Below, in pieces: positions 1 to 10,391 of a stretch of DNA of 64,000 nt (the stretch's first letter is position 1; the number at the start of each line of letters is the position of its first letter). Under the pieces are notes generated by a model that made no database searches, had not been told where the DNA came from, and saw only the letters and a program-made list of their open reading frames with translations. A program made the translations under genes and the position numbers. This DNA is from Sedimentisphaerales bacterium (GTDB taxonomy: Bacteria; Planctomycetota; Phycisphaerae; Sedimentisphaerales; Anaerobacaceae), in NCBI GenBank assembly GCA_963708075.1, contig OY970194.1, forward strand, positions 2,304,001-2,368,000, read 5' to 3'.

Positions 1-2
1 CC

Positions 3-734
3 GCCAGAGCCGCCTGGCCGGGGCTTGCCCGCGTCTTGGAAGATCAGCAATAATCCGTCTGGAGAGAGACACGGGCTGTCCTCCGTGAAGGAACTATTCA
101 CTGTCGCGCCGAGGTTGACCGGGTCACCCCAGGGATCATTCCTGGTCGCACGCTTGCTGACCCAAAGATCGAAACTGCCATATCCGCCCCGTTTGGCCCC
201 GCACATCAGGTACAGTTCCAAGCCATCTGACGACACCGACGTGGCGTATTCGCCGCCCGAGGTGTTCACCGGGGCACCCAGATTGGTCGCCGGGCCCCAA
301 GGGCTGTTTCGGGTCACCCGTTTGGTCACATAGATATCGCCGCTGCCGGAACCTCCGGGCCGGCTGGAGGAGAAGAAATAGAGCTCCAGACCGTCGGCCG
401 TGATGGACGAGCCGGCATCCACCTGTGCACTGTTGACCGCCGGCCCGAGATTCTCCGGAGGACCCCAGGCTTCCTCTGGCGAGGCACGCTTGCAGACCCA
501 GAGGTCGTAGTTGCCGGAACCTCCCGCCCGCGTGGAATTGATGAACATCTCCAGGCCGTCTGAGGAAAAGCACTCCACACTGGAATCGGCGATGGTGACG
601 AACGGCATGACCGTATCCAGATGCGCCGGTTCGCCGAACGCGAAATCGGCGCGTGCGGCCGGCACCTCGGGACCTGCAAGGAAACACAGGCCCACCAAGG
701 ACGTTACGACCATCGGAACTTCAATCAGCTTCAT
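3..734 (-). CDS. Secreted PD40/TolB-like beta-propeller repeat protein (partial, runs off left edge)
   Basis: Not in the ORF track; translated by hand from ATG at 734 (GAAGG-type RBS upstream). MKLIEVPMVVTSLVGLCFLAG... signal peptide, then repeated units 'S.DGLELYF.S.RPGGSG..DLWV..R......WG.P.NLG..VN' typical of PD40 repeats. Confidence 0.8.
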   Translation of the reverse strand, partial: MKLIEVPMVVTSLVGLCFLAGPEVPAARADFAFGEPAHLDTVMPFVTIADSSVECFSSDGLEMFINSTRAGGSGNYDLWVCKRASPEEAWGPPENLGPAVNSAQVDAGSSITADGLELYFFSSSRPGGSGSGDIYVTKRVTRNSPWGPATNLGAPVNTSGGEYATSVSSDGLELYLMCGAKRGGYGSFDLWVSKRATRNDPWGDPVNLGATVNSSFTEDSPCLSPDGLLLIFQDAGKPRPGGSG

Positions 735-888
735 CTCACACCTTCCCTTCTGCCCGCAGGCAATAAGTAGTACGTGAATTCCATCCGCCTTCACTGTGAA
801 GACAACAAGTTCCCGATTGAATCGCCCCTCGTCGGCACACACCAAGAGCCCGCACCCGTTGGGTTCAATCCGCGACGGGAGCCACAGT

Positions 889-3800
889 TCACTGGATGAC
901 CACGCCCTCGATCTCCTCCCACGACGGCGCGTGCCAGAGGTGGAGGTCGCCTTGGTAGTTGCAGGCGGCCAGCCATTGGCCGTCCGGGGAAAAGGCCAGT
1001 TCGCTTATCATGCGTTGTCCAGACAACGTTATCAGCAGGCGACCCGTGGACAAATCCCAGAGTTTCACTGCATCCCGCCCGTTGTGACCGGTGGCGAGTC
1101 GGTGGCCGTCGGGAGAGAACGCCACCCCGTGGGCGGACTGCATGTGGGCTTGGAAAGAGGCGATCAAGTGGAACGAAGACACATCCCATATCGCCACCGC
1201 GCCGTCCAGTGCGGTGCTGGCGGCCTGTAAACCATCGGCAGAAAAAGCGATTCGCTGCACAGCCTGCCCGTGAGCATTGACCGGTGGCGCCAGGAGTTCT
1301 CCCGTCTCGGCGCTGAGCCAGCGCACCGTTCCCATCGTGTCGCCGAGCGTCAGGAGGCGACCATCCGGCGAAACGCGCTCAAGCCAGGAAGTCTCCACAT
1401 CAAAAAGCGTTCGGACAGCTTGCCACGTGATCGTGTCCCACCATATCACCCTTGCCGTTCCCCGCAACTCGGCCAGTATGAGCAGCCCCGTACGCTCTGG
1501 CCGAAAGCCGAGCAGACCGATCACAGTATTGGGGTCGCCCAACTCCCCCAACAGGCGACGCTCCACGCAGGACCAGACGCGAATCTTTCCCTTACTTCCA
1601 CTGATCAGCAGGGCCCCGTCGGGAGAATAACGGACCCCCTGAACGTCGTCACCCAACTCGGGGAGCCGCTCGATTTCCTCGCCGGTGGCCAAATCGAGGA
1701 CACATACAGTCGTTATCTCGGCGCGATTCACCGTCTCCCTGCGTGGCACCGCCAGTACCTGGCCGGCCGGCGCGAAAGCGGGCCGTGCGCCGACGCCCAA
1801 CGGGATCAGCCTGGGCTGTTCCTCTCGCGGGCGGGGCTGCGCGTTCCAGAAAGCGACGACGCCATCCCTGTCCGCGCTCGCCAGCGTCCGACCGTCCGGC
1901 GCCAGCGTCAGTCCCCAGATCTCATCGCGACTGCCGCGGAGAATGGCCAGACACCGGCGATGCTCGACGTCCCAGATCCGAATGGTCTGATCGCCGCTGG
2001 CGGAATACAGCCACCGGCCATCCGCGGAGAAGATCAATTGGGAAATCCAGGCGGTATGTCCCTCCAGCGTCCCCCGCTCGTTGCCGGTGACAGCATCCCA
2101 AAGCCGGATTGTCTCCCCGACGCTACCGCCGCCACTGGCGACGATGGAACGCTTGGGCGACCAGGCCACAGCGTTGATGGCCCCTAGGTGGGCGTTCGGG
2201 ATGTTGACATCTGTTTTGCCACTGGCAAGGTCGAACACACGCAGTCTGTGATCGGCGTCCCCAACCACAATGGCCTTGCCGTCCGGCGAAAAGTCCAGCG
2301 CACGCACCCATGGGTTATTCGGAGGGCACCTTACGTCGCCGATGTGCAGGCGCGGGACAATGGGCCTTTGGTCGACCTCCCACACGGTAACTTCATTCGG
2401 GCTGCTCAGGCTGGCGAGCCGTCTTCCGTCCGGAGAGAACTTGAGAACTTTAACGGGACCCCCTTTCAGGGCCAGTTGCCCGACTGGGTCCCACGTTCCG
2501 GTCTGCCAGAGCTTGATCTGGTTTCCGGCGTCGGCGGCCAACAGATCGCCACGCGGGGAGAACGCCACCAGATGACCTCCCTCCGCTTGCAGGCGTTTGA
2601 TTCGCCGGCGGCTGACCACGTCCCAGACCCCCACAAATTGTAGAGGGCGCGCGGCCACGGCCAGCAGCTTGCCATCATGAGAATAGGCAACCGCGCCGGC
2701 CGTGTTCGGGTCCTGATCGAGCTCCCCGAGGGCATCGCTGCGGCATTCCTGCCACAGGTAGCGCCACTCCCAGCCCCGCAGATCAACTTGGCCGGGAGCG
2801 GGTCGATGGGTCTCCAGCAGTCGGAGGGCTTGACCCAGGTCGTTGATCGCCAGCGCCTCCTGTGCCAGACGCATGTCGGAAGCGCAGGCGAGTTGACGCA
2901 TGGCCAGTTCCCTGGCTTCGGCCTGCACACGCAGGCTGTTTTCTGCACGCTTCGCCTGCGTGGCACGAACGGCCAGCCAACTGCTCACGAGTGCGCCAAG
3001 CACCAGTACTGATGCCACGACGGTGACAGCGGCAAAGACTCCCTTGTTCCGGCGGACCAGCTTCTGGAAGCGATATGCTGTGCCGGGCGAGTGGGCCAGC
3101 ACCGGCTCGTTGCTCAAGTGACGCTCCAGATCCTGCATCAGACTGTTGGCCGTCTCATAGCGACGCGTCCGGTCCTTCTCCATCGCCTTCATTACGATCC
3201 AGTCCAAGTCCCCTCGAACGGCTTTTCGCAACAAGTCGGGAGTGCAACTTCTGCGTTTGGCGAGGTCGGTCAGGGTGTCACCGAGAGTGCTCAGTCTCGT
3301 GGAGGGCTTGGCGGGTTCCTGCTCTCGAATGATGCGCTGCATCTCGATGTAGCCGGCCTTGCGCAGTTCTTCTTCGCTGAAGGGCGTGGTTCCAGTGAGC
3401 AGTTCATAGAGCAACACACCCAGGGAGTAGATATCTGAGCGGGTGTCGATGTCCAGATCGCTCAATTCCGCCTGCTCCGGGCTCATGTAGGTGGGGGTGC
3501 CGATGATGTGGGCGTAGCGGGTAAAGAGCGTCTTTTCCGTCAGCTTCTGGTTCGTGGCCTTGGCAATCCCGAAGTCGATCACCTTGGGAACGGGTCTGCC
3601 GTCATGGTGCGTGACCATGACATTGGAGGGCTTGATATCCCGGTGGATGATACCTTTCTGGTGGGCGTGCTGTACGGCTTGGCAGACTTGGAGGAACAAA
3701 GCCAATCGGGCCTTGGTGCTCAGGTTATTCTTATCGCAGTACTCGGTGATGGAGACCCCTGTGACCAGTTCCATGACAAAGTAGGGCCGGCCGGTCTCTG

Positions 3801-4254
3801 TGGCTCCGGCATCCAGGACCTTGGCGATACAGGGATGGTCCATCAAGGCCAAGGCCTGTCGCTCGGCCTCAAAGCGGGCGATGACCTGCCTGGTATCCAT
3901 GCCCAGTTTGATGATCTTGAGGGCCACCTTGCGGCGGAGGGGCTCGGCCTGCTCGGCCATGTAGACCACCGCCATGCCGCCTTCACCAATCTTTTCCAGG
4001 AGCTTGTACCGCCCGACCACCGTGCCGGAACCTTCCGTGACCGGGGAAGTGTCCCGCACGACGGCCGGGTCCCACGGGGCGGATTCCAGGAAGCTGTCCT
4101 TGACTTCCCGTGCCTTTAGCAGCGTCCGGACACGAGCCAACAGGGCGGCATCGTCGCCGCAGGCCGCCTGGAGATAGGCCTCCCGCTGCTCGGGGACCTT
4201 GCCGATGGCTTCGTAGTAGATCGCCTCTTCGTTTGTCTTGTGCTCCGTGGACAC
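889..4254 (-). CDS. Ser/Thr protein kinase with TM segment and C-terminal WD40 repeats
   Basis: [29 protein letters not shown] and [10 protein letters not shown] kinase motifs; TM segment ([18 protein letters not shown]); many 'FSPDG..LAS' and 'GH...IRIWD' WD40 repeats. Confidence 0.95.
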   Translation of the reverse strand: MSTEHKTNEEAIYYEAIGKVPEQREAYLQAACGDDAALLARVRTLLKAREVKDSFLESAPWDPAVVRDTSPVTEGSGTVVGRYKLLEKIGEGGMAVVYMAEQAEPLRRKVALKIIKLGMDTRQVIARFEAERQALALMDHPCIAKVLDAGATETGRPYFVMELVTGVSITEYCDKNNLSTKARLALFLQVCQAVQHAHQKGIIHRDIKPSNVMVTHHDGRPVPKVIDFGIAKATNQKLTEKTLFTRYAHIIGTPTYMSPEQAELSDLDIDTRSDIYSLGVLLYELLTGTTPFSEEELRKAGYIEMQRIIREQEPAKPSTRLSTLGDTLTDLAKRRSCTPDLLRKAVRGDLDWIVMKAMEKDRTRRYETANSLMQDLERHLSNEPVLAHSPGTAYRFQKLVRRNKGVFAAVTVVASVLVLGALVSSWLAVRATQAKRAENSLRVQAEARELAMRQLACASDMRLAQEALAINDLGQALRLLETHRPAPGQVDLRGWEWRYLWQECRSDALGELDQDPNTAGAVAYSHDGKLLAVAARPLQFVGVWDVVSRRRIKRLQAEGGHLVAFSPRGDLLAADAGNQIKLWQTGTWDPVGQLALKGGPVKVLKFSPDGRRLASLSSPNEVTVWEVDQRPIVPRLHIGDVRCPPNNPWVRALDFSPDGKAIVVGDADHRLRVFDLASGKTDVNIPNAHLGAINAVAWSPKRSIVASGGGSVGETIRLWDAVTGNERGTLEGHTAWISQLIFSADGRWLYSASGDQTIRIWDVEHRRCLAILRGSRDEIWGLTLAPDGRTLASADRDGVVAFWNAQPRPREEQPRLIPLGVGARPAFAPAGQVLAVPRRETVNRAEITTVCVLDLATGEEIERLPELGDDVQGVRYSPDGALLISGSKGKIRVWSCVERRLLGELGDPNTVIGLLGFRPERTGLLILAELRGTARVIWWDTITWQAVRTLFDVETSWLERVSPDGRLLTLGDTMGTVRWLSAETGELLAPPVNAHGQAVQRIAFSADGLQAASTALDGAVAIWDVSSFHLIASFQAHMQSAHGVAFSPDGHRLATGHNGRDAVKLWDLSTGRLLITLSGQRMISELAFSPDGQWLAACNYQGDLHLWHAPSWEEIEGVVIQ

Positions 4255-4335
4255 GACGGCTCCTTTCGTTATTCAATGCGTAAAACCGGGGCCGAGCCCC
4301 TCACGGCAAATACGGGAATATTGAAAAATCTCGGC

Positions 4336-4911
4336 TTAGCGTGTGCCGGTTTCGTCGATCTGTCCGATTTCCACACGCAGCCAGGAGCGGGCGTAGTCCC
4401 AATACCGCTCGGCCGTCGCGTGGGAGATGTCCAGGGCTTTCGCCGCCTGCTCGATCGTCAGGCCGGCGAAATAGCGGAGCTTGACCAGTTCCGCCTTGGC
4501 TGGGTCCTGTCCAGCGAGCTTGGCGAGGGCCTCATCCAGTGCAAGCATGTCCTCCGCTCGCGAGGCGTCATCCACCGCCAGGGATTCATCGAGGTCCACC
4601 GGCCGGCGGTCGCCGCCACGCTTGAGGCTCTTTTTGCGTCGGGCATTGTCGATCAGGATACGGCGCATGGCTTCAGCGGCGGCTTTGAAGAAATGGCCCC
4701 GATTGGCCCAGTTCTGTGGCTCGGCCCCCACCAGCCGCAGGTACGCTTCATGGACCAGGGCGGTCGCCTGGAGGGTCTGGCCGGGAGATTCATGGGAAAG
4801 CCTCTGGGCGGCAAGGACCCGAAGCTCCTCATAAACCAGGGGCAGGAGTTGGTCTGTAGCTTTAGTGTCCCCCCGTTCGATGGCGCTCAGGATGCGTGTA
4901 ACGTCGCTCAT
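4336..4911 (-). CDS. ECF sigma factor (planctomycete STK-associated type, TIGR02999-like)
   Basis: MSDVTRIL...[11 protein letters not shown]...[17 protein letters not shown]...[17 protein letters not shown]...[11 protein letters not shown]...W.YARSWL; GGGGAG RBS before ATG 4911; adjacent to the kinase gene. Confidence 0.93.
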   Translation of the reverse strand: MSDVTRILSAIERGDTKATDQLLPLVYEELRVLAAQRLSHESPGQTLQATALVHEAYLRLVGAEPQNWANRGHFFKAAAEAMRRILIDNARRKKSLKRGGDRRPVDLDESLAVDDASRAEDMLALDEALAKLAGQDPAKAELVKLRYFAGLTIEQAAKALDISHATAERYWDYARSWLRVEIGQIDETGTR

Positions 4912-4927
4912 GACGACTCCCCAACAT

Positions 4928-5011
4928 TGCGCGGGACAGGAGTCGAACCTGCAAGTCCTTACGGACACTACCACCTCAAAGTAGCGCGTCTGCCAGTTCC
5001 GCCACCCGCGC
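4928..5011 (-). tRNA. tRNA-Leu (anticodon GAG)
   Basis: Reverse complement GCGCGGG TG GCGG AACTGGCAGA CGCG CTACT TTGAGGT GGTAG, long variable arm, GCAGG TTCGACT CCTGT CCCGCGC A; CCA not encoded. Confidence 0.95.
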
Positions 5012-5025
5012 GGATCAGCTTTGGT

Positions 5026-5054
5026 ATTATGATGCGGCCGCCCGGGGCTGTCAA
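5026..5054 (-). promoter_or_regulatory. sigma70 promoter of tRNA-Leu
   Basis: TTGACA-17 nt-CATAAT on the minus strand, 14 nt upstream of the tRNA 5' end. Confidence 0.75.
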
Positions 5055-5159
5055 CGAGGATTTCAGCAAATGCGGTCGGGGCCACTTGCAGATCTCACAG
5101 AAATCCAGTATGCTTTGGCCCTGTAGAGATTTCATCAGCCAGAGACCATATTGGGAGAT

Positions 5160-5549
5160 ATGAACATGGAAAGGCATACAAGTCACCGGTTCGTTCTTGC
5201 CATGATTGTCGCGGGGGGCCTTCTGCCTGTCGCCGGCTGTTTCATCTGGAACAGCGATGTCAACTATGGCGAGAAGGGAGCCCCCCTGTCGGGCTCCACA
5301 CTCAAGCAGGTCGAATGCGGCAAGACCACCAGGGATTGGCTCGTGGTCACCCTCGGAGAGCCCTCCGAACAGTCCACGACCGATGCAGGCGTCGAGCTTC
5401 TCAAGTACAAGTACAGCAAGACAGAGGAAAACAACCTCGTGATGCCGTTTGTTATCGCCAGTGACGAGAACAAACTCGAGCAGACCGTGTACTTTCAGGT
5501 GAAAGACGGCGTCGTGCAGAAATACTGGGTGGAAGAAGAGAAACGCTGA
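5160..5549 (+). CDS. Lipoprotein, SmpA/OmlA (BamE-like) fold
   Basis: Lipobox VAGC after a hydrophobic stretch; 'GKTTRDWLVVTLGEPS' resembles the SmpA/OmlA G.T..EV...LG.P motif. Confidence 0.65.
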   Translation: MNMERHTSHRFVLAMIVAGGLLPVAGCFIWNSDVNYGEKGAPLSGSTLKQVECGKTTRDWLVVTLGEPSEQSTTDAGVELLKYKYSKTEENNLVMPFVIASDENKLEQTVYFQVKDGVVQKYWVEEEKR

Positions 5550-5556
5550 GGCCTTC

Positions 5557-6252
5557 TCAGACGCCCCGTCGTCGGCCCCAGAACTGGATGTGCAGTCGTT
5601 GGCCGAATCGCAGGCCGGTTTGCTTGCACAACTCGGCAACCATCGCTGATCTCGATTGCAGTTCCTCGGTCGTTTCGGCTTGGGGCATCAGCATGACCCG
5701 TTCAGTCTCCAGCGGTCCCAATTTCTTGAGCGTATCCTGAACGCCCTCGATATCCTCCGGCGATTCAATGACGAATTTGAGCTGGTAAGGGTACGCCCGC
5801 GTCAGTTGACGTATTGCTGCCAGATCGGACCCGACCACATGGCCGGACTCGGCAGGGCTGGACCGCATTGTCGCGCCGGGCAACTTGGGACTGATGCTGA
5901 TGAGGTCGCAAGCCAGATCGGGGATGAATAGGACGCCGGCGGTCTCGATGGTGATGTGTTTGCCTGAGACTTTGAGACGATGAGTCAGATCGGCCAGACC
6001 CGGACGAACAGCCAGGTCGGGCCCCATCATGGGTTCGCCGCCGGTCAGCACGATGAATCGGCAGGGCCAGCGGCCGATTTGATCGACGATCTGAGCCGGC
6101 TCAAGGTCCTGCCCCGCCTGGAAATCCCACGCGTACTTCGTATCGCACCAGGGGCAATGGAGAGGACAGCCGGCCAGCCGCACGAATACGCTCGGCGTGC
6201 CGACAAGCATCCCCTCGCCCTGTAACGAATAGAAGATCTCACTTACACGCAT
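5557..6252 (-). CDS. queE: 7-carboxy-7-deazaguanine synthase (radical SAM)
   Basis: EIFYSLQGEG, FVRLAGCPLHCPWCDT (CxxxCxxC), TGGEP, IETAG; directly downstream of queC. Confidence 0.93.
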   Translation of the reverse strand: MRVSEIFYSLQGEGMLVGTPSVFVRLAGCPLHCPWCDTKYAWDFQAGQDLEPAQIVDQIGRWPCRFIVLTGGEPMMGPDLAVRPGLADLTHRLKVSGKHITIETAGVLFIPDLACDLISISPKLPGATMRSSPAESGHVVGSDLAAIRQLTRAYPYQLKFVIESPEDIEGVQDTLKKLGPLETERVMLMPQAETTEELQSRSAMVAELCKQTGLRFGQRLHIQFWGRRRGV

Positions 6253-6265
6253 GGGCAACTCTCAG

Positions 6266-6973
6266 TCATGAAACGCTCTGCTCCACGTACACAAGCGGGT
6301 CGTGCAGGCCGGCTTCGCTGAAACCGCGGAGTCTGAGCCGGCAGGAATCACACCGGCCGCAGCTTCGGCCCGAGGGGTCCGGATCGTAACAACTGTGCGT
6401 TAGCGAGTAATCGACGCCGAGCCTCGTGCCGGTCCGGATGATCTCGGCCTTGGTCTTTTCGATGATCGGCGTATGGATTCGGTACCGGCCCCTGCCCTCC
6501 ACGACAGCCGCCGTCGCGAGGTTCGCCATCTTTTCAAAGGCGGAGATGAACTCCGCCCGGCAATCCGGATACCCGCTGTAATCCGTCGAATTGACCCCGA
6601 TGAAGATATCGAACACGCCCAGGACTTCCGCCCAGGCGAGGGCATAGCTCAGGAAGATCGTGTTGCGGGCAGGCACATAAGTCGCCGGAATGGCCTCAGT
6701 GTCATCCAGGTCCGGGCGATCCTTCGGCACCTGGATCGCCACATCGGTCAGAGCCGAGCCACCGAATGCCGCCAGATCGATCTCCGCGATCCGATGCTCA
6801 ACGACCCCGAGCGACCGGGCCACCCTTGCAGCGGCATCAACCTCCCGGCGGTGGCGCTGCCCATAGAGAAACGTAAGCGCATAGCAGGCGAAACCCTCGT
6901 TGCGGGCGATGGCAAGAGTGGTGGCGGAATCCAATCCGCCGCTCAACAATACAATAGCTGCTTTCGGGGCCAT
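6266..6973 (-). CDS. queC: 7-cyano-7-deazaguanine synthase
   Basis: SGGLDS PP-loop, [24 protein letters not shown]...CGRCDSC zinc site. Confidence 0.96.
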   Translation of the reverse strand: MAPKAAIVLLSGGLDSATTLAIARNEGFACYALTFLYGQRHRREVDAAARVARSLGVVEHRIAEIDLAAFGGSALTDVAIQVPKDRPDLDDTEAIPATYVPARNTIFLSYALAWAEVLGVFDIFIGVNSTDYSGYPDCRAEFISAFEKMANLATAAVVEGRGRYRIHTPIIEKTKAEIIRTGTRLGVDYSLTHSCYDPDPSGRSCGRCDSCRLRLRGFSEAGLHDPLVYVEQSVS

Positions 6974-7025
6974 TTCGTGTTTCCTCTGCGACCTCACCAT
7001 ATCCTCCGGCCAACAATCACACGCA

Positions 7026-7054
7026 GTATAACAGGCAGGACGTGAGAGTGGAAC
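7026..7054 (-). promoter_or_regulatory. Putative promoter of queC-queE
   Basis: TTCCAC-17 nt-TATACT with extended TGn on the minus strand, about 50 nt upstream of the queC ATG. Confidence 0.45.
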
Positions 7055-7233
7055 TCCCCTATCGTGTCGGTACCGGCCGGTTCTCTCATAGCTCCCCGGC
7101 CCGTTTCTGGGTGGCACTGCCGCGCGCTCCTAAGAACTCAGGCCCAATCGGCACTGCTGCGCGTAGCGGGTAAGGCGAGAGGAACAATCGCCGGGGCGTT
7201 CGCGTAGGTGGGCTTGTGGCGGTGCTTCCTGCC
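7034..7233. ncRNA. Candidate ~200-nt rod-like structured RNA (6S-like?)
   Basis: Nested complementary segments: GGCAGGA 7034-40/TCCTGCC 7227-33; CCTA(T)CGTG 7058-66/CGCGTAGG 7201-08; CCCCGGC 7094-7100/GCCGGGG 7190-96; GTGGCACTGCCG 7111-22/CGGCACTGCTGC 7149-60. No credible ORF. Confidence 0.4.
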
Positions 7234-7272
7234 GGGAAAACCCCAAAGACGGGCCATAGATTCGGTTCCGGC

Positions 7273-7301
7273 TTGTCTCTCGAAGGCGGGAAGGGTATAT
7301 T
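7273..7301 (+). promoter_or_regulatory. Putative sigma70 promoter of queF
   Basis: TTGTCT-17 nt-TATATT, about 28 nt before the queF ATG. Confidence 0.5.
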
Positions 7302-7328
7302 GTGACAATAGGACAACAGGTGTTTTTC

Positions 7329-7682
7329 ATGAGTGAACGCGACAACATTGAAGTATTCGACAATCCGCGTCCCGGGCGGGACTACCGGATCACGGTCCAC
7401 TGCCCGGAGTTCACGAGCGTCTGCCCGCGCACGGGCCAGCCGGACTTTGGCGAGATCACGATCGAATACTGCCCCGACCGGACCTGCATCGAGCTCAAGA
7501 GCCTGAAATTCTACATGCAGAGCTATCGGAACAAAGGCATCTTTTACGAATCGCTGACAAATGATATACTGGATGACCTGAGCAGCGTGTGCCGGCCTCG
7601 CTGGATGAAGGTGACGGCCCGGTTCACACCCCGCGGCGGCATCACGACCGATGTCACCGCGGAGTACAAAGCGGATGGCTGA
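7329..7682 (+). CDS. queF: NADPH-dependent preQ0 reductase (type I)
   Basis: [31 protein letters not shown] motifs. Confidence 0.95.
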   Translation: MSERDNIEVFDNPRPGRDYRITVHCPEFTSVCPRTGQPDFGEITIEYCPDRTCIELKSLKFYMQSYRNKGIFYESLTNDILDDLSSVCRPRWMKVTARFTPRGGITTDVTAEYKADG

Positions 7683-7705
7683 GCGTTCTTGTCTGAGGTG
7701 TCGAA

Positions 7706-8212
7706 ATGCCGATCAAGCTGCACTGCGACCACTGTGGAAAAGAAATCAAGGCTCCGGACACTGCCGGCGGCAAATGGGGCAAGTGCCCCGCCTGCCGTAA
7801 CAAGCTGTACGTTCCCCTTCCGGCGGCCGACGACGAGGAATTGAAGATCGCTCCCCTCGACGAGAGCGAGGTCCAGAAACAGCAGCAGTTGATGGCCGAG
7901 ACCTTTCGACTGACCCGGGACATTCTCCAGGAGCAGAATACGCCTGAGCCTCCCGCAGCCCCGGGCACGCCGGCCCCGGAAATCTCGGAACAGCAACTGA
8001 CGGAGTACATCGTCCGATATTTGCGACAGATGGTGGACGGTCGTCTCGACGAGGCCCAGCGCACTGCCGAGCGAATCGTGCCCCACCGGCGTAAGGCCAC
8101 GGTGATCCTGGATCAGTTTGCCAAGAGTGACGCGCCCGACCCCGAGTTGGAGGACATCCCCAAGCAGGTGCTCTCCGGTTTTATCCGGAACCTGCGCACG
8201 CGAATCAGCTAG
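7706..8212 (+). CDS. Hypothetical protein with N-terminal zinc ribbon
   Basis: CDHCGK...GKCPACR zinc ribbon typical of planctomycetes; GAGG RBS. Confidence 0.8.
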   Translation: MPIKLHCDHCGKEIKAPDTAGGKWGKCPACRNKLYVPLPAADDEELKIAPLDESEVQKQQQLMAETFRLTRDILQEQNTPEPPAAPGTPAPEISEQQLTEYIVRYLRQMVDGRLDEAQRTAERIVPHRRKATVILDQFAKSDAPDPELEDIPKQVLSGFIRNLRTRIS

Positions 8213-8263
8213 CACGCCCGACCGCCATTACCTGGGACTCCACCTGACATAATGACGCTCGCT

Positions 8264-8338
8264 ATGTCACCCCCGCGCAGGCGGGGGTCCAGGAGAGTTC
8301 GGTACATAGTTGGATTCCCGCCTGCGCGGGAACGACAT
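8264..8338. repeat. REP-like palindrome, family B (GTCA.CCCCGCGCAGGCGGGG.TCCA...TGGATTCCCGCCT.CGCGGGAA.GAC)
   Basis: Two internal hairpins with mutually inverted ends; closely related copy at 60366-60442. Confidence 0.85.
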
Positions 8339-8568
8339 GCGAGCGGCCTTTGCCAGACTCCCACTGTGTTAGAAGGCCTGGTACCGATCCCGCCAGAAGG
8401 TCCGCAGAATCTGCGTCGTTGCATCTGAACTGACCCGTTATTCCCGGCCGTTCCGGAAATCCCCTGCGCACACCGACCTGAGTTGGCTCGCTTGGAAGTT
8501 GTTCGTAAGTTTTACATGGCGATTGGCCGACTTGGGTCAGTCCGGAATTGAAGTTGGGAGGCATTCTG

Positions 8569-10356
8569 ATGGCCGATGAACACATCCTCGTGCACGTCAC
8601 CCATGAAGCCGCAGGCAAAATCGGCGGCATCGGCGCGGTCCTTCAAGGCTTTTTCACCTGCCCCGCTTACCTCGAAAACATTGGGCGTTCCATCCTGGTC
8701 AGCCCATTGTTCACGACGGATGGCTCGATCTCGGACCGGCTCGGCGAGGGCGGCGAGGTCCTCTACTCCTCCATCGACGGCCTGATCAACCCGGGCTACA
8801 GCCCCGCCTTCCGCAAAATCCAGAGCCTCTACAACGTCGGCATCGTCTACGGACGGCGGCCGTTCGTCGACGACCAGACCGGCACACGCAGTTCCCAGGA
8901 AATCGTCCTGATCGACGTGCGCTACATGGACATGGCCATGCTCAACGAGTTCAAACGCCGGCTCTTCGAGGAGTTTGGCGTGCGCAGCGACCTCTACGAG
9001 CACCTGTGGGAGTACGAGCAGTACGTGCGCCTGGCGCCGCCGGCGATGGCGGTGCTCAAGGCGCTCGGCGCCGCCGAGGGACACACGACGATCATCTCCC
9101 ACGAGTTCATGGGCATGCCGACCGTGCTGGCGGCCAAATTGGAGCCCTACTGCAACTTCCGCACCGTGTTCTACGCGCACGAAGTGGCCACGATGCGCCG
9201 GATCGTGGAGGAGCGGACAGGCCATGACACGATGTTTTACAACGTGATCCGCCAGGCCTACAAGGACAGACTGTACGTGGACGACGTCTTCGGCGACCAA
9301 AGCTCCTACTTCAAGCATTCGCTGGTCGAGGCCTCCAAGCACTGCGACCGCATCTACGCGGTGGGCGACCTGGTGGCGGATGAGATGCGTTTCCTCGCCC
9401 CGGACTTCGAGTCGCTGGACATCAACATTATCTACAACGGGGTCCCCGCGTACGAGATCAGCATCGACGAGAAGGGGCGGGCCCGTGAGAAGTTGCAGCG
9501 ATACTGTGAAAATCTGCTGGGGTACAAGCCGGACCACATCTTCACGCACGTCACGCGGCTGGTACGCAGCAAGGGGCTGTGGCGAGACCTGCGCGTCCTG
9601 TCCGAGATGGACAAGATGCTCGCCGCACAGCACCAGACGGCCGTATACCTGCTGCTATCCACCGAGGTCTCCAGGCGGCGAACCTGTGATGTTCATAACA
9701 TGGAAGCGACCTACGGGTGGCCCGTGGCGCACCGTGAAGGCTGGCCCGACCTGTCCGGCGGAGAAGCCGACTTCTACACCGCCATCCAGCATTTCAACGC
9801 CCGCAGCCACAACATCAAGGCTGTCTTCATCAACCAGTTCGGCTTTGACCCGAAGAGCTGCGGCCGGCGGATGCCTGGCGATATGGAGTTCATGGACATC
9901 CGCAAGGGCGCCGACGTGGAGTTCGGGCAGAGCATCTATGAGCCCTTCGGCATTGCCCAGTTTGAGCCGCTGACGTTCGGGGCGATTTGTGTCGCCAGCA
10001 ACGTCTGTGGATGCGCGGGTTTCCTCCGGGACGTTACAGCGGGTCAGCCGGTGAGGAATGTTATCCTCGCCGACTACACCCGGCTCGGGGATCAGCCGTA
10101 CGCCGATATCGAGGACCTCGTGCAGATCGAGAAGTCCGTCCGGGATCGGATCGAAGCGGTGGAGGCGGCACGGGTGGCGACCGAGATCATGGATCGCTTG
10201 CCGAAGAGCCATGCGCAGGCGGAGCAGATGATCCGGGAGGGTTATCGCCTGGCCCGCAGCATGAGCTGGGACGTGGTCGTCCGCAAGTACCTCCTCAACG
10301 ACCTCTCGCGGGTCTATGAAAGGCCGGTCGAATACCGCGACTATCTGCGAGCATAA
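8569..10356 (+). CDS. GT-B glycosyltransferase, GT3-like glycogen/glucan synthase
   Basis: HEAAGKIGGIGAVL (compare GT3 EVANKVGGIYTV), HEFMG, F.AHEVAT, YNG, SIYEPFG.AQFE. Confidence 0.7.
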   Translation: MADEHILVHVTHEAAGKIGGIGAVLQGFFTCPAYLENIGRSILVSPLFTTDGSISDRLGEGGEVLYSSIDGLINPGYSPAFRKIQSLYNVGIVYGRRPFVDDQTGTRSSQEIVLIDVRYMDMAMLNEFKRRLFEEFGVRSDLYEHLWEYEQYVRLAPPAMAVLKALGAAEGHTTIISHEFMGMPTVLAAKLEPYCNFRTVFYAHEVATMRRIVEERTGHDTMFYNVIRQAYKDRLYVDDVFGDQSSYFKHSLVEASKHCDRIYAVGDLVADEMRFLAPDFESLDINIIYNGVPAYEISIDEKGRAREKLQRYCENLLGYKPDHIFTHVTRLVRSKGLWRDLRVLSEMDKMLAAQHQTAVYLLLSTEVSRRRTCDVHNMEATYGWPVAHREGWPDLSGGEADFYTAIQHFNARSHNIKAVFINQFGFDPKSCGRRMPGDMEFMDIRKGADVEFGQSIYEPFGIAQFEPLTFGAICVASNVCGCAGFLRDVTAGQPVRNVILADYTRLGDQPYADIEDLVQIEKSVRDRIEAVEAARVATEIMDRLPKSHAQAEQMIREGYRLARSMSWDVVVRKYLLNDLSRVYERPVEYRDYLRA

Positions 10357-10391
10357 CCGTCGCACACTGAACAAGGTGAGAGCGGTACGCG

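Noticed and set aside
889..4254. Diversity-generating retroelement or defence system in the WD40/PD40 repeats
   Set aside because: Repeats are diverged at DNA level; no reverse transcriptase, template repeat or defence domains.
7034..7060. tRNA or tmRNA on the minus strand (T-loop-like GTTCCACT plus a 7-bp closing stem)
   Set aside because: The loop is TTCCA rather than TTCGA, the T-stem has a mismatch, and there is no D-arm, anticodon arm, G3-U pair or tag ORF.
7105..7125. T-box antiterminator (GGGTGGCACTGC)
   Set aside because: Bulge deviates from TGGNACC; no stem I or terminator; gene context does not fit.
5557..7682. Dpd (7-deazaguanine DNA modification) island
   Set aside because: No dpdA/tgt-like or dpdB-D genes; queC/E/F look like housekeeping queuosine genes.
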